Positions 48,692-63,089 of a stretch of 64,000 nucleotides of DNA are shown in pieces; position 1 is the stretch's first letter, and every line of letters starts with the position of its first letter. The DNA lies in the NCBI GenBank assembly GCA_964016885.1, contig OZ024741.1:16058001-16122000 (forward strand). Direction: 5' to 3'. Source of the DNA: Eledone cirrhosa. Its lineage: Eukaryota. The translations under genes were made by a program, and so were the position numbers. The notes under the pieces are model-generated. The model was given only the letters and a program-made list of their open reading frames with translations. It had not been told where the DNA came from and did no database searches.

Positions 48692-48882
48692 CGATGGTTT
48701 CAACGTTCTCTTTATTCGATATTTCATGTTTTATGTCGTTGTTGTTGGTGTTGCTGCTGTTTTTGGTGGTGTTGTTGTTGTTGCTGCTGCTGTTGTCTTT
48801 CTTTCTGCTCAATCTTCAGATTCCACGCTTCAAGAAAACCATTCATTTTTTTCTTTTGTCACTGCCTTCTTTGGTTCAGCAG

Positions 48883-48935
48883 AGAAGAAAAAGAAGAAGA
48901 AGAAGAAGAAGAAGAAGAAGAAGAAGAAGAAGAAG

Positions 48936-48999
<64 letters not shown>

Positions 49000-49000
49000 G
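48883..49000. repeat. Compound (GAA)n(CAA)n microsatellite
   Basis: Directly visible. Confidence 0.93.
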
Positions 49001-49172
49001 AAACAGCAACATGAGTAACAACAATAACAACAGTAGGAACAACAACAACAATAAAATCAAGATGAGAAAAAACTGAAAACGTCAGAAGTCAAAATAAATA
49101 ATTGTAATGTATGTATGTGTATCTATATTTATAATATATATATGTATATATATATATACATACATACACACA

Positions 49173-49239
<67 letters not shown>

Positions 49240-49382
49240 GCAAAAGTTCTATTTAAAATTGTTGGGATACAACAAGTAAATATTTTATAACTGATATAAA
49301 GCATTCGACAAGTTTTGGAGTAGATATACGATATTAAATAAATGGAAACTATATTTAATATCGTATATATGTATATATATAT

Positions 49383-50292
<910 letters not shown>

Positions 50293-50326
50293 ATATATAT
50301 GTGTATATATATGTAAATATATATAC

Positions 50327-50357
<31 letters not shown>

Positions 50358-50366
50358 TGTATATAC

Positions 50367-50420
<54 letters not shown>

Positions 50421-50474
50421 GTGTGTGTATATATATATATATGTGAGTATATATATATACATATATATATATAC

Positions 50475-50548
<74 letters not shown>

Positions 50549-50597
50549 ATACATATATATATATGTATGTATATGAATCTATATATATATATATATA

Positions 50598-50992
<395 letters not shown>

Positions 50993-51008
50993 GTTTTTTA
51001 TATATATA

Positions 51009-51095
<87 letters not shown>

Positions 51096-51248
51096 GTTTT
51101 TATATATATATATATATATAATGTAGGAGGTGAGTTTTATTGTAGTACAATAAAGCAATGCAGATATCGGATAAGAAGCACTCTACAGTTTGTGGGACTG
51201 GAGTATGCATAATATAAGATCAAAAGATGGTTAAAGGAGTTCTATATA

Positions 51249-51315
51249 TTTTATTATGCGCATTTCAAAAACAAACATCATCAAGCAATAATATTTGTGT
51301 TTTCATCAGATAAAA
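51249..51315 (-). ncRNA. Minimal type I hammerhead ribozyme in the 3' pLTR (element sense strand)
   Basis: Reverse complement of the motif at 53087-53153. Confidence 0.75.
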
Positions 51316-51523
51316 CAGGAGAACATGATATGAAGGCTAAAAAACACTTGTGGATAGTGCAGTTTTAAATCAACATATGAAAAGTGGTTTTAGATTGATG
51401 TGTGATATTGGGAAAAATATTTTATTTAGAGAGGGGGGGAGGAAAGGATGAAAAGGGAAGGAGATGAGAGGGAGAGATGGGTGATAGAGAGAAAGAGATA
51501 GTTTTTATAACTGAGAGGAGATA

Positions 51524-51560
<37 letters not shown>

Positions 51561-52362
51561 TAGAGAGGTTGAAAACCGTTGGAAGATACTGCATAAATTA
51601 AAAATTTTGAAAATTAACGAAGGGAGGATATGTGCGAGGAAAAAATATTTTTTTTAGGGAGGGGGGGGTGGAAAGGATGAAAAAAAGGGGGAGGAGATGA
51701 GAGTGAAGGTGGAGAGGGAGAGATGGGTGATAGAGAGAAAGAGATAGTTTTTATAACTGAGAAAAAGATATATTGTTTTAATATAGAGAGGTTGGGAACT
51801 GTTGGAAGATAATGTATAAATTAAAGGAATTTGAAAATTAACGAAGGGAAATTATGTATGAAGATAGAGAGAAAAAAAAAATAATAATAATAATTGTGGG
51901 TGAATATTCTAACGTCAAAAGAAGAAATGTATGTATTGTGGCAATTTCAAAATTAGCGAAGAGAAAAATTGTTAAGGTTTGTGTGTAGAAGGATTTGAGA
52001 AAAATAATGTGAAGTTAAAGTTTGTATATTGATTGAATTGATATGTGCGAATAAATAGTTAATATGTATTAATAATGAGTTCGTTGATGGGGAGAAAAAA
52101 ATAATAATAAATTAAGGATGAAATTGAGATTAAAAAGATTTATGATAGAGAGAAAAAATAATAATGATTGCGGATGAATATTCAAAAGTCAAAAACAAAA
52201 ACAAATGTTATGATTTTACGAGAAGATAGAATGAGGGTAATGAGTAAACGAGTATTATAGAGTGTATAATGCCCTTTAAAGTAAGGTAGATGGGTATATT
52301 TTAAAGAGGTGTATGTATATGTGCCTTTGAGAAAAGATTCTAAATTGATAAAGAATTGAATA

Positions 52363-52967
52363 TTAACTGTATACTTTGTGAAAAGTTCTATGGAATTTAT
52401 GCAGGCAGATAGAAAACAAATCTGAGCGTCTATTTATTATAGAATCTAGGTTAGAGATAATGGTAAATTTTTCATTTAGGCAGAGATTACAGATTTTAGA
52501 TAGAGAGCTGTTCAAGTATGAGGATGCAGAAGAAATCTTCTTCCAAAAGATGGTATATTTAATGTTTTTGTCTTTTAAGGACCATATGAGTTCTGAGAGA
52601 GCAGTGTTAGTTCTTTTAAGTTTGTATTTGAAAGATGAATGATGATTATAGAGACGAGCTTTAAAAGAGGTGGAAGTGGAGCCAAAATAGGTGAAGGAAT
52701 TGGTGCTAGTTATAATTTTACATTCATAAATTAAGTTTTTATCGAGGCAATGGTTGTTGAGAGGACATTTATTTTTAATGCGGCAGTTGCAATTATTAAT
52801 GAGTGATCTAGTGTTATCTATAGAAGGAATTGGATTGGAGAAGTTGTTTGCGATAGGAATAATAGGAATAATAGTTTCTTGATTTAGAGTTGGATTATGA
52901 ACATTTAGCGAAGTTGTGTTTGACGTTGTATTTGGGTTTACAGAAGTTAGCCTAGGGTTTACAACGA
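52363..52967 (-). pseudogene. GIY-YIG endonuclease domain, C-terminal fragment of a Penelope-like ORF
   Basis: CNCRIKNKCPLNNHCL-NLIY...TYFGST..FKARLYNH..SF...LSELIW.LK...CNLCLNEK...INRRSDL...CLH. Confidence 0.85.
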
Positions 52968-53086
52968 CCTCTCTAAATAAAATATTTTTCCCAATATCAC
53001 ACATCAATCTAAAACCACTTTTCATATATTGATTTAAAACTGCACTATCCACAAGTGTTTTTTAGCCTTCATATCATGTTCTCCTG

Positions 53087-53153
53087 TTTTATCTGATGAA
53101 AACACAAATATTATTGCTTGATGATGTTTGTTTTTGAAATGCGCATAATAAAA
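53087..53153 (+). ncRNA. Minimal type I hammerhead ribozyme in the inverted pLTR
   Basis: Stem I TTTTAT/ATAAAA, core CTGATGA, long AU-rich stem II, GAAA, palindromic stem III ATGCGCAT, cleavage triplet AUA. Confidence 0.78.
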
Positions 53154-53185
53154 TATATGGAACTCCTTTAACCATCTTTTGATCT

Positions 53186-53328
<143 letters not shown>

Positions 53329-53329
53329 C

Positions 53330-53478
<149 letters not shown>

Positions 53479-53479
53479 G

Positions 53480-54260
53480 GTAAGGATGGAAGGAAGGAGG
53501 GAAGGAAGGAGGTAAGGAAGGATGGAAGGAATGATGGAAGGAAGGAAGGAAGGATGGGAGGAAGGAAGGAAGGAAGGAAGGAAGGAAGGAAGGAAGGAAG
53601 GAAGGAAGGAAGGAAGGAAGGAAGGCAGGAAGGAAGGAAGGAAGGATGGAAGGAAGGGAGGAAGGAAGGAGGTATGGAAGGAAGGATGGAACGAAGGAAG
53701 GAAGGAGGTAAGGATGGAAGGAAGGAGGGAAGGAAGGAGGTAAGGAAGGATGGAAGGAATGATGGAAGGAAGGAAGGAAGGATGGGAGGAAGGAAGGAAG
53801 GAAGGAAGGAAGGATGGAAGGAAGGAGGGAAGGAATGAAGGAAGGAAGGAAGGAAGGAAGGAAGGAAGGAAGGAAGGAAGGAAGGAAGGAAGGAAGGAAG
53901 GAAGGAAGGAAGGGATGGAGGAAGGGAGGAAGGAGGGAAGGAAGGAAGGAAGGAAGGAAGGAAGGAAGGAAGGAAGGAAGGAAGGAAGGAAGGAAGGGAG
54001 GAAGGGAGGAAGGAAGGAGGGAAGGAAGGAAGGAGGGAAGGAAGGAAGGAGGGAAGGAAGGAAGGAGGGAAGGAAAGAAGGAAGGATGGACGGAAGGAAG
54101 GAAGGTGTGCAGGATGGAAGGAAGGAAGGGAGGAAGGGAGGAAGGAAGGATGGACGGAAGGAAGGAAGGTGTGCAGGATGGAAGGAAGGAAGGAAGGGAG
54201 GAAGGATGGAAGGAAGGAAGGACGGAAGGAAGGGTGGTAGGAATGAAGGAGGGAAGGAAG
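53480..54260. repeat. Degenerate (GGAA)n microsatellite
   Basis: Directly visible. Confidence 0.95.
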
Positions 54261-54959
54261 GGGTCACATCTAAATATATATATTTTTTTAAAAACTGAAG
54301 CAAAGAAAAATAGGAAGAGGAAAGGTTATATGAAGGGGAGGAGGGAGGAGGGGGGGTGTTTGCCATAGAGCTGCGGTCGTGTGTTTGGTGCAGAGTTTAT
54401 ATAGAGGGCTTGTTTAGTGTTTAGTGTAACAGACAGTAAGGTTGAATAGAATGGTGGAGTGTGGTGGGGAGAGGATAGGAGAGAGAGGGGTGTGAGAGGT
54501 GGGGAGAAGGGGTGGGAGGGGAGAGGAGGTAGAGGAGAGTGATGAGAGACGGGCAGAGGAAAAGAGACAGGAGAGCAGAGACGGGAGGAGGGGAGAGGAG
54601 AGGTGAGAGGAAGGGAGAGAGAGGGGAAGAGGAATGGAGAGGGGGATGAGAAGAGAGGTGACGGGAGAAGGGGTGGGGAGAGGGGAGAGGAGAGTGTTCA
54701 TCTTATACGAGCTTACTTGGACGACATGGAAGGAAGCTTTCTGGTGATTTATGAAATCGATACAGATCGAACTTCATCATATCTGTGTGTGTGTGAGTGT
54801 GTGTGTGAGAGAGAGAGTGTGTGTGAGTGTGTGTGTGTGGTGTGTGTGTTAAGGTTGCGAGACCGAACATTAGGGAGAGGGGGAGGAGATATGATGATGG
54901 GAAGGGAGGAGGAGGAGGTGAGAAATGAAGAAATATAGAATATCATAGAAGACTTCTAG

Positions 54960-55076
54960 ATTGTAAGTCGGACGCCATGCTTTGAAGCATAGAGTTACGT
55001 CCCTTTACGGTCTGAGTTCAAATCCCGCCGAGGTTAACTTTGCCTTTCATCCTTACGGAGTCGATAAAATAAAGTT
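54960..55076 (+). mobile_element. tRNA-derived SINE fragment
   Basis: B-box-like GAGTTCAAATCCC at 55014-55026, followed by GCCTTTCATCCTT.CGG.GTCGATAAAAT, which resembles a conserved SINE central domain common in octopus repeats (recognised from memory). Confidence 0.65.
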
Positions 55077-55099
55077 ATTTATTTTATAAAATTATGAAT

Positions 55100-55280
55100 T
55101 CGGGGAATTGGGCAACAGAGAAGGGGGGGACACAGGGAGACGTTGGGCGGATGGGGGGATATGGGGGGGGAGTGACGAGGAGAGAGGTGAGTTTGAGAGA
55201 GGGACGGGAAGGTTTGAGAAAGGGTGAGAATAGAAGAGGGGAAACAATGTGTGAGTGGTAGTGAGAAGAGAGAAGGAAGA

Positions 55281-55316
<36 letters not shown>

Positions 55317-55530
55317 AAGAAGAAGAACGAGACAGAGGGAGAGAGAGAAGTAGAGAGAGAGAGAGAGAGATGGAAGAGTGGGACAGAGTATGAGGAATGT
55401 AGAGAGAGAGAGAAACTAAAGAGTGTGAGAGAGGAAAGAGAGGAGAAATAGAAAGGGTGGCTGGAAGAGAGAGAGGGTGAAAGAGGAGATGGAAGGAGAG
55501 ACAGAGAGGCAGGAAGAGGAAGAGAGAAAA
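55100..55530. repeat. Polypurine (GA-rich) low-complexity tract
   Basis: Directly visible. Confidence 0.85.
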
Positions 55531-55584
55531 GGAATCCCTTTGATTTATAGGGAACTCTCCCATCTGTTTACTTACACCTCTCTA

Positions 55585-56403
55585 CCCCTCCACCACCTCC
55601 ACCACTACTACCACCACAACCACCCCCACCTCCATCATCACCACCACCACCACCACCACTACTACCACCACCACCACCGCCACCACCACCACCATCACTA
55701 CTACCACCACCTCCACCACCACCACCACCACCACTACTACCCCCTCCACCACCACCACGACCTCCAACACCACCACCACCACTACTACCTCCTCCACCAC
55801 CACCACTACTACCCCCCTCCACCACCACCACCACCTCCAACATCACCACCACACCACCACTACTACCCCCTCCACCATCACCACCACCACCACCACCATT
55901 ACTACCACCACCACCACCTCCAACATCACCACCACCACTACTACCACCACCACCACCTCCACCACCACAACCACCTCCACCACCTCCACCATCTCCACCA
56001 CCACCACCTCCACCACCACCACTACTACCACCACCTCCACTACTACCACCACCACCACCTACACCACCACCACCTCCACCACCTCCACCACCACCACCAC
56101 CACACCACCACTACCAGCACCTCCACCACCACCACCACCACCTCCACAACCTCCAGCACCACCACCACCACCACCACCTCCACCACCTCCACCACCTCCA
56201 CCACCACTACTACCACCTCCACCACCTCCACCACCTCCACCACCTCCACCACCACTACTACCACCACCACCACCTCCACCATCACCACCTCCACCAACAC
56301 CACTACCACCACCACTACCACCTCCACCTCCACCACCTACACCACCACTACTACCACCACCACCACCACCTCCACCACTACCACCTCCACCACCACCACT
56401 ACC
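55585..56403. repeat. Degenerate (CAC/CTC/TAC)n trinucleotide tract
   Basis: Directly visible; explains the His/Thr/Val/Gly-rich spurious ORFs. Confidence 0.92.
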
Positions 56404-56534
56404 TTCCATTTGACGATGGTAACCTGCTTTAACAACGTTTTGTGGCTCAGACGTTCTGCTTACTCTTTGCCTATTTATCTATATATCTGTCAGTCTATAT
56501 GTATGTGTGTGTGTGTGTGTGTATGTATGGATGT

Positions 56535-56984
56535 ATGACCCCTTAGCCTTTGTCAAGGCAGAATTCTAGGAGAAGGAAAACTCTGATATAACACCTGCAA
56601 CTCTGATGGTATCCAATGATGTTGACTCGTTCTTCTTTTTGGTAAATATCATCTTGGTTAAGAGAGTGGGACTGGCTTTGTGCATTGCCTTTGCTCCCTA
56701 TAAAAGCTTCACGGCACAGGCATTGCTTTGTATCTGGAGGTCTCTCTGCACTTGTCGTCACATGGTACCATGGGCCCTGCACTGTGTCAATAACTGTCAT
56801 AAGTGTAGTGTTTGTACCAGAGTTTTCAAGTCGCTGGCTGGACTTAAAAGTCACACTCGTTCAGCGCATCAGTAGGGGTTCTCCTACATGGATATAAAGT
56901 AGTGGCCGTACTCGAAAACGAGTTGGCAGCCACCATGTATGTATGTATATATATATGTATGTATGTATGTATGTATATATATAT
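56535..56984 (+). mobile_element. Non-autonomous RTE-derived element, 5'-truncated copy with (ATGT)n tail
   Basis: RTE 5'UTR-type motif CTAGGAGAAGGAAAACTCTGA; 3' part encodes the C2H2 finger CSVCTRVFKSLAGLKSHTRSAH-stop; CTCGAAAACGAG hairpin before the tail. Confidence 0.7.
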
Positions 56985-57599
56985 GTCAGGTCACCAGTTG
57001 GTGCTACTGGTAACATGTATCCCAGTACAACCTGTCTCGTGGTTGGGTCATTGGCGACTAAACTGGCAACCCCACCAAGGTTTCTTGGTGAGGAGGGTGA
57101 CTTTGGACATCCTGCAGGACTAAAAACAAAACCTGTCAAAGGGCAAAGGAGCTCTTAAGAGTCAATGGCCATCCAAAATCACCGGGATAGATGACCCCTT
57201 AGCCTTTGTCAGGGCAGAATTCTAGGAGAGGGAAAACTCTGATATAACACCTGCAACTCTGATGGTATCCAATGATGTAGACTTGTTCTTCTTTTTGGTA
57301 AATATCATCTTGGTTAAGAGAGTGGGACTGGCTTTGTGCAGTGCCTTTGCTCACTATAAAAGCTTCACGGCACAGGCATTGCTTTATATCTAGAGATCTC
57401 TCTCCACTTGTCGTCACATGGTACCATGGGCCCAGCACTATGTGTCAATAATTGTCACAGGTGTAGTGTTTGTACCAGTGTTTGTACCAGTCGCTGGCTG
57501 GACTGAAAAGTCACACTGTTTCAGCGCATCAGTAGGGGTTCTCCTACATGGATATAAAGTAGTGGCCGTACTCGAAAACGAGTTGGCAGCCACCATGTA
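56985..57599 (+). mobile_element. Non-autonomous RTE-derived element, longer copy
   Basis: 57192-57599 is a direct repeat of 56535-56938, with about 200 nt of extra structured 5' sequence. Confidence 0.7.
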
Positions 57600-57838
57600 C
57601 ATAAGTATAGATAGATAGATATATTTCTTTATTTACCATAAAGGCATAAAAAGAAGGGACAAATACAAAGAGGGAGTTTACATAAAACCGAGTAAAAAGG
57701 GTATAAAATGAAAATAATCAAAAACAACCTCAAAGGGGAGGGGACGTGATGGGGGTTTCACACACCCCCGAAAAAGTGTGCAATCCTTTGCCCGGGTAGC
57801 ACATGGAGAAGGTGCTCCCCTCTCCTTCACTTCTTTAC

Positions 57839-60800
57839 CTACAGGATGGTATACAGAGAAGGCCCATTTACACGAGCCATTCTCGCCACTATCACCCACC
57901 TTTCATAAAACTGCCTGTGGCCAAGCACCTCTCTCTCCATTCTAATCCTTCTTCCGAAGTGATATCGGAAGAAGTAGACCAGACTATGGCCAGAGAGGAA
58001 GTTGCCTGACCTCAGACCTTTCAATCGTGTCCACCAAACAACCTCTTTCAACATGGCTATTACGCACAGAAAAACCGCCTTTGCTTCCTTTGTGAAGAGG
58101 GGAGGCGGCTTGATTGTCATCACGGACTCGGCGGCCAATCGAATCGGCGCCACCCGTGACAGCAGTCGTTCGGCGTAGCCCCACAGATCAGCCACGCCCG
58201 GACATTGCACCAATGCGTGCGCAACGGTTTCTTCGTGACGCACGCATCTAGGGCAAATCTTTTTCGAGGGATCCCTGCCCGGGCGCCCGTATCTGTAGAG
58301 CCTCTCTCGAACGGGTAGAGCCCCCCGATAGCACTGCCAGGCCAGTGACTTCTGGAAGTTGTCCATTGGTCCCGGGCCGAAAGTCCTACCGAACAGGCTG
58401 GCCAGTTCGTCCTCTTCTATGTCCAAAGACTCTCCAAGGGTGTCATTGCACCTGCTAGCCACCAGCCCTCTATAGAATGACGAGGTGGATTCTCCACCGA
58501 TGGCCGGGTCCGCTTGCCAGAGAGCCCTGAGCGCCTGGGCCCACTCAGTGTGCCAGTCGCCCAGTTTTCCAGATCTTTGCTTGACCCAGGACTGCAGCTC
58601 GGTGAGCGAGACGAGTCTCGGAAAGGCTTGTCTCACGAACGGAGCCCACACCGGTTGACCAGTGAAGAATACCTGTAGGTGCCGTAGCCTTAATGCGAGG
58701 CCTACGCATCATCAACCACGGCATCCCCAGCCCTCCTTTCGAAGGTTGTTGACAGCAGATGGATCTTCTCACCATAGGAGGGCGCTTCTTCCAAAGAAAT
58801 TGAAAGAGCATGCGTTCCATGGTGGTGAGTGTTTCCTTAGGGCAAGGCACGACAGTCAGGCGGTAGTAGGTGACGGACGCTATGTAAATGTTCGCCACCT
58901 CCGCCCGACCTTTCAGGGACAGCTTACACTTGGCCCATTTCTGGGTCAGTGCAAACACCTTGTTCGTAACCTCGCCCCAGTTCTTTTCCACCTGGAGGTC
59001 CGGTCCAAACCAGACCCCAAGCAACTTCACCGGGCCCTCCGTCCAGTGTCCGAAGATACAGTCGGGAGGCATCGGTCTGCCTCTCCACGTTTCGAGTTGC
59101 AGCCCGATGGATTTTTCCCGGTTCAGTTTCGCTCCTGACAACCTTTCGTATTCCTCCAGTAAGGTACCGATCGCCTCGATCTCCGAGTCGGTCGATACCA
59201 TTACTGTTACGTCATCGGCGTAGGCCGACACCGCTTTGCTCAATCCTGGTTCCAGGGGGATACCCTGCAACAACTCCAACTTCCTCAGTAAAGGCTCGAG
59301 AGTCAATACGTACAGAAGGGAGGAGAGAGGGCACCCCTGTCGAATGGATCGTGCGATTTCGAACGGCTTCGAAAGGTAGCCGTTCACCTTGATCCTAGAA
59401 CAGATGTGGTTGCTATGTAAGGCAGTGATCCAGCCTCTGAAAACAGGACCGAACCCAGCCGCCGCTAGCACCGCATCCAGGTAACCATGGTCGACCCTAT
59501 CGAACGCCTTAGACTGATCCAAGTTGATCAGGGCCCCACCGAAGCCGGGTTTGTTGCCAACCCTCTCAATGATGTATCGCATGAGGTGGAGGTTGTCGTG
59601 AATGGACCTGGATGGGATAGCACATGTCTGCGCATCTCCCACCAGGCCACCCACGACGAGCGCCAACCTCTTTGCTAACACCTTGGCCAAAATCTTTAAC
59701 TCTGTGTTTAGCAGGGTTATGGACCGAAAATTATTTATACTATCCCCCTTGTTCTCGTCCTTCCTCACCAGCGAGACTACGCCCTTGGCTACAGAACAAG
59801 GAATTCTCCCGTTCTGCTGCCAATTGCAGTAGACTGCTTCGAGGAGTTCGGAGAAGAAGACCGGCATTGCTAAATAAAGTTCGTAAGGTATACCATCGAG
59901 ACCTGGAGATTTGCGTCTGCTGCATTGACTCAGCGCATCCCCGATCTCATCGGCCGAGATTGGTCCCTCGCAGGACTCTGCCTCTTCGCTTGAGAGACGC
60001 GGCAGGCCGTCGAGGTATGGACCGAAATCCACGCCCCCGCCCGGACCCTCGCCTCCCCCGAATAATCGGGCAAAGTGCCTTTGAAAGGCCTCGCACATCT
60101 GCTTAGGCTCCCGGATGACCCGTCCATCCTCGTCTTGCAAAGACCGGATGGTGGATCGATTTCCACTCTTAGCTTCTGTCACGCGGGCCCAGCCAACGGC
60201 TTTGGCCCCCTCATTACCTAGAGCACTTATTTTACTTCGAATGACGCAGCCTTCGTGCTTTGCATCGAAAAACTGGCTCAAGGCCGTCCTCGATGCCAGC
60301 ACTCTGGCCACATCTTCGCTCTTGATTGCCTCTTCTAATTTACCTGTTAATTCTTTCTCGTTCCTATTCCTATCGGCAGCTAACATCTTGCTATAACTTA
60401 TTGATTCTGTTCTAATCTCTCTTTTGAGAGATGCCCACCATCGGTTGTTGACGATTGCACCCGTCAACCTCTCCTTAACTAATCTGCTAATCCGGTCTCT
60501 GTAAGCCTCTTTTGCCGGTAAAGACAAATTAAGTTTCCAGTAACCGGGACCCTGTCTATGTGTTCTCTCGAGGTTGACTACGCAGGTCACTAATTTGTGA
60601 TCTGTATAGCCAACCGTGAGCATTTCTGGACAGCTTAATATGTCCCTATCTTTACTTCTAACTAAGAATCTATCTAAGTACGATCTAGATTGACCATTGT
60701 GGTTCGTCCAAGTCCAGGTTGGCACAGTTGGAAAATCTAGTCGATATCTATCGACCAAGTTAAAACGGTCGAGTAACCCCTTGAGGCTGTTACACCCCCC

Positions 60801-61277
60801 TCTATTAGGACATGCTCCTGCATAGTCCCAACGTGCATCTAGGATGTCATTCCAGTCCCCCGCTAGAAGCAGGAAACGCGACGTTCCCAGAAAAGTCTCC
60901 AGACGCTGGAAGAAGTCGGGTCGTTCAGCTCCGAAAGGGGAGTAGACGGCGACCAGTCTCAAGGCCGCACCTCCTATACTGCCAACGTCTAGCACCAACA
61001 AACGACCTTCCGGGTCCGAGTGAACAACCTGTACGGCGAGACCCAGGTGTTTTTCCAGCAGTACGACAACCCCACCCCCACCTCCAGGTTGACAGAGAGA
61101 TGCGTGCACCTCAAAGTCATCGAAGGTAGGGGTCAGCTGCCGCACGACGCTGATCCGAGTCTCACAGATAACCATTACATTTATACCACGTGACCTGAGG
61201 TCATTTAGATGCTTTGCTTGCTTCCAAGTTGAGCCCAGGCCACGTGCATTCAAACATCCTACTCTTAACACATCCAT
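57839..61277 (-). pseudogene. Tx1-like ORF2 (APE-RT-CCHC) with one frameshift near 58700
   Basis: ORFs 58545-61277 and 57839-58651 align consecutively to family A ORF2; YADD, QGCPLS, GPGYWKLN. Confidence 0.92.
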
Positions 61278-61310
61278 GTGGGCGGCAAAGCCAAAGGAGA
61301 GTGTAGAGAC

Positions 61311-63089
61311 CTACCTTTCTGCTTCCCGGGGTTCGGGTCGCACGACTTCCATGGGGTCGGGGGTGTTGGGTGAAGGGGTGTATTGTGGTGGTGTGGGGTC
61401 GTCAGTGTGTGCTGGGGTTGGGGTGTTTGGAGTTGTGTTGGGGAGGGGAAGGGGAGGGGGAAAGCTTTTTAGGAGGACGCGGTTTATGGGTTTGACAGAG
61501 GGTGGTCCTACGTCCTCCTTAAAATCCTTTTTTAGTTTTTGGTAGAGGTTCATTGGGACCTTTATTAATTTTAATTGTGGGTTGTTTTCTGAAAAAACAA
61601 AGTTTACCCCTTCGGTTTGTACCGAATGGTTATTGTTTATGAGTTCATTTAATTTATTATTGTTTCTGTTGATGTAAGTATAGTGTAATGTTTTTTTTTC
61701 GGATGGTGTGAGTGTTTCGAAGAGGGGAGGGGCAGGTTTGATTTTGTTTGTTGCTGGAGGGGTGTTTTGTGTTTTGTTGGATTGTGTTGACATTTGGGTA
61801 GGGGCTGTTTGGCCTTGTGTGTTTTGCACATGTTTTCTTTTTTTCCTTTTAATCTGTCTGAAGGACTCCGTTTCTTCCTCCGAATTCGTTGGGTTATCTT
61901 CAGTGTTGGAGGGAAGAGGTATGTTTGCTGGTAGTGTTTCCGTGTTAGTTTTCTTTGTGGGGGAGATGGATGTCACTATGTTAGACTGTGTAGTGTGTTG
62001 TGGCTGCGGTGGTTGTGTTGTTTTATTGAGTGAGGGGTTGGGTGGGACTGTGTTTTGTTTTTGGGAAATGTGTTGTGTCTGTTTGTGCTGTGATGGTGGT
62101 GTAGTTTTACTGAGGGACGGGTTGGGTGGGACTGAGTTTTGTTGTTTGTTTATCTGTTGTGGTGGTGGTGGTGGAGCTGGTGTTGGTAGCAGGGTTTTCT
62201 TGTTGTTGAGTTGGGGACAAGCCACCTTCAGGTGCCCTCTGCCTGCACAGATATGACAGGACGGCCTTCTCCCCTCCACGCTAATGTTTATATACCCGTG
62301 GCCCTCTAATAGGATTCTGTCGGGTATTTGGGAAATGCGTTCAGGCTTCATTTGCACTACAAGTTCTATACCTGTTCCACTGAACGCATTGCCTGTGGTT
62401 TTCCCAATGGAAATCACGTTGTCATTCGCTGGATCGATGAAGCCAGCTATGAGCCAGCAGTAGTCCATATCTGGCATCATCGCATCCAGCCATATGCGCT
62501 GAGTTCTTTTACCCATATAAGATGGATAAAAGGTAAAATTTGTCGAACGAATCGGCGACAAAGCATATTTTTTCGCTGCTGATTCGTTCTTCATAATAAT
62601 GGCCAGGCTTCCATACAGCCTGTCTCTTCTTATGAAAGTGGCTTCATTAAATACTTCTCTAAGTACCGCTTTAATTTCCACTTGTGTTGGTTGTTGTGGC
62701 TTTTTTGAGATGTTGTTGATGTTGCGGAAAACGGCCGTCCGACTTTCAATATCTTTGGTGAGTTCTTGGGGCATTTTTACCGACAAGGCTCCATTTTCCC
62801 CTTGAGTTATGAATTGTTTGGCGTTTTTTATTCTTTGTGCCACATCTGAAATATTTTCAGGTATGTACGTTAAATATTTTTTTGTTGTTTGTGCAAATGA
62901 GATGTTATTGGTGTTGACTTTGTCGTCTGTTTTGCTTTCTGTTATGATGTTGTTGTTTTCAAATGTTATTTTTGTGTTTGTTGTTTCTTTGTTTGTGGTA
63001 TTAATATTGTCATGCAATTCTTTCAAATTTTTTTTGTTGTTGGAATCAATTCCAGATTTGTGTTTTCGTCGACATTTTTCTCCGCACAT
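61311..63089 (-). CDS. Tx1-like ORF1 (type 3), 592 aa, CCHC knuckle
   Basis: VEGRRPSCHICAGRGHLKVACP; shares SFA..AK, PSY.G and KFP/KDF..GD/GP segments with the other ORF1s. Confidence 0.87.
   Translation of the reverse strand: MCGEKCRRKHKSGIDSNNKKNLKELHDNINTTNKETTNTKITFENNNIITESKTDDKVNTNNISFAQTTKKYLTYIPENISDVAQRIKNAKQFITQGENGALSVKMPQELTKDIESRTAVFRNINNISKKPQQPTQVEIKAVLREVFNEATFIRRDRLYGSLAIIMKNESAAKKYALSPIRSTNFTFYPSYMGKRTQRIWLDAMMPDMDYCWLIAGFIDPANDNVISIGKTTGNAFSGTGIELVVQMKPERISQIPDRILLEGHGYINISVEGRRPSCHICAGRGHLKVACPQLNNKKTLLPTPAPPPPPQQINKQQNSVPPNPSLSKTTPPSQHKQTQHISQKQNTVPPNPSLNKTTQPPQPQHTTQSNIVTSISPTKKTNTETLPANIPLPSNTEDNPTNSEEETESFRQIKRKKRKHVQNTQGQTAPTQMSTQSNKTQNTPPATNKIKPAPPLFETLTPSEKKTLHYTYINRNNNKLNELINNNHSVQTEGVNFVFSENNPQLKLIKVPMNLYQKLKKDFKEDVGPPSVKPINRVLLKSFPPPLPLPNTTPNTPTPAHTDDPTPPQYTPSPNTPDPMEVVRPEPREAER

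Noticed and set aside
52968-53052. N-terminus of the 229-aa GIY-YIG ORF as a standalone gene
   Set aside because: The first ~28 codons come from the inverted pLTR fused at the truncation point
61278-61313. Stop-codon readthrough joining ORF1 and ORF2
   Set aside because: In frame only in family B (33-nt spacer); family A spacers of 34 and 35 nt do not allow it, so it is not a general mechanism
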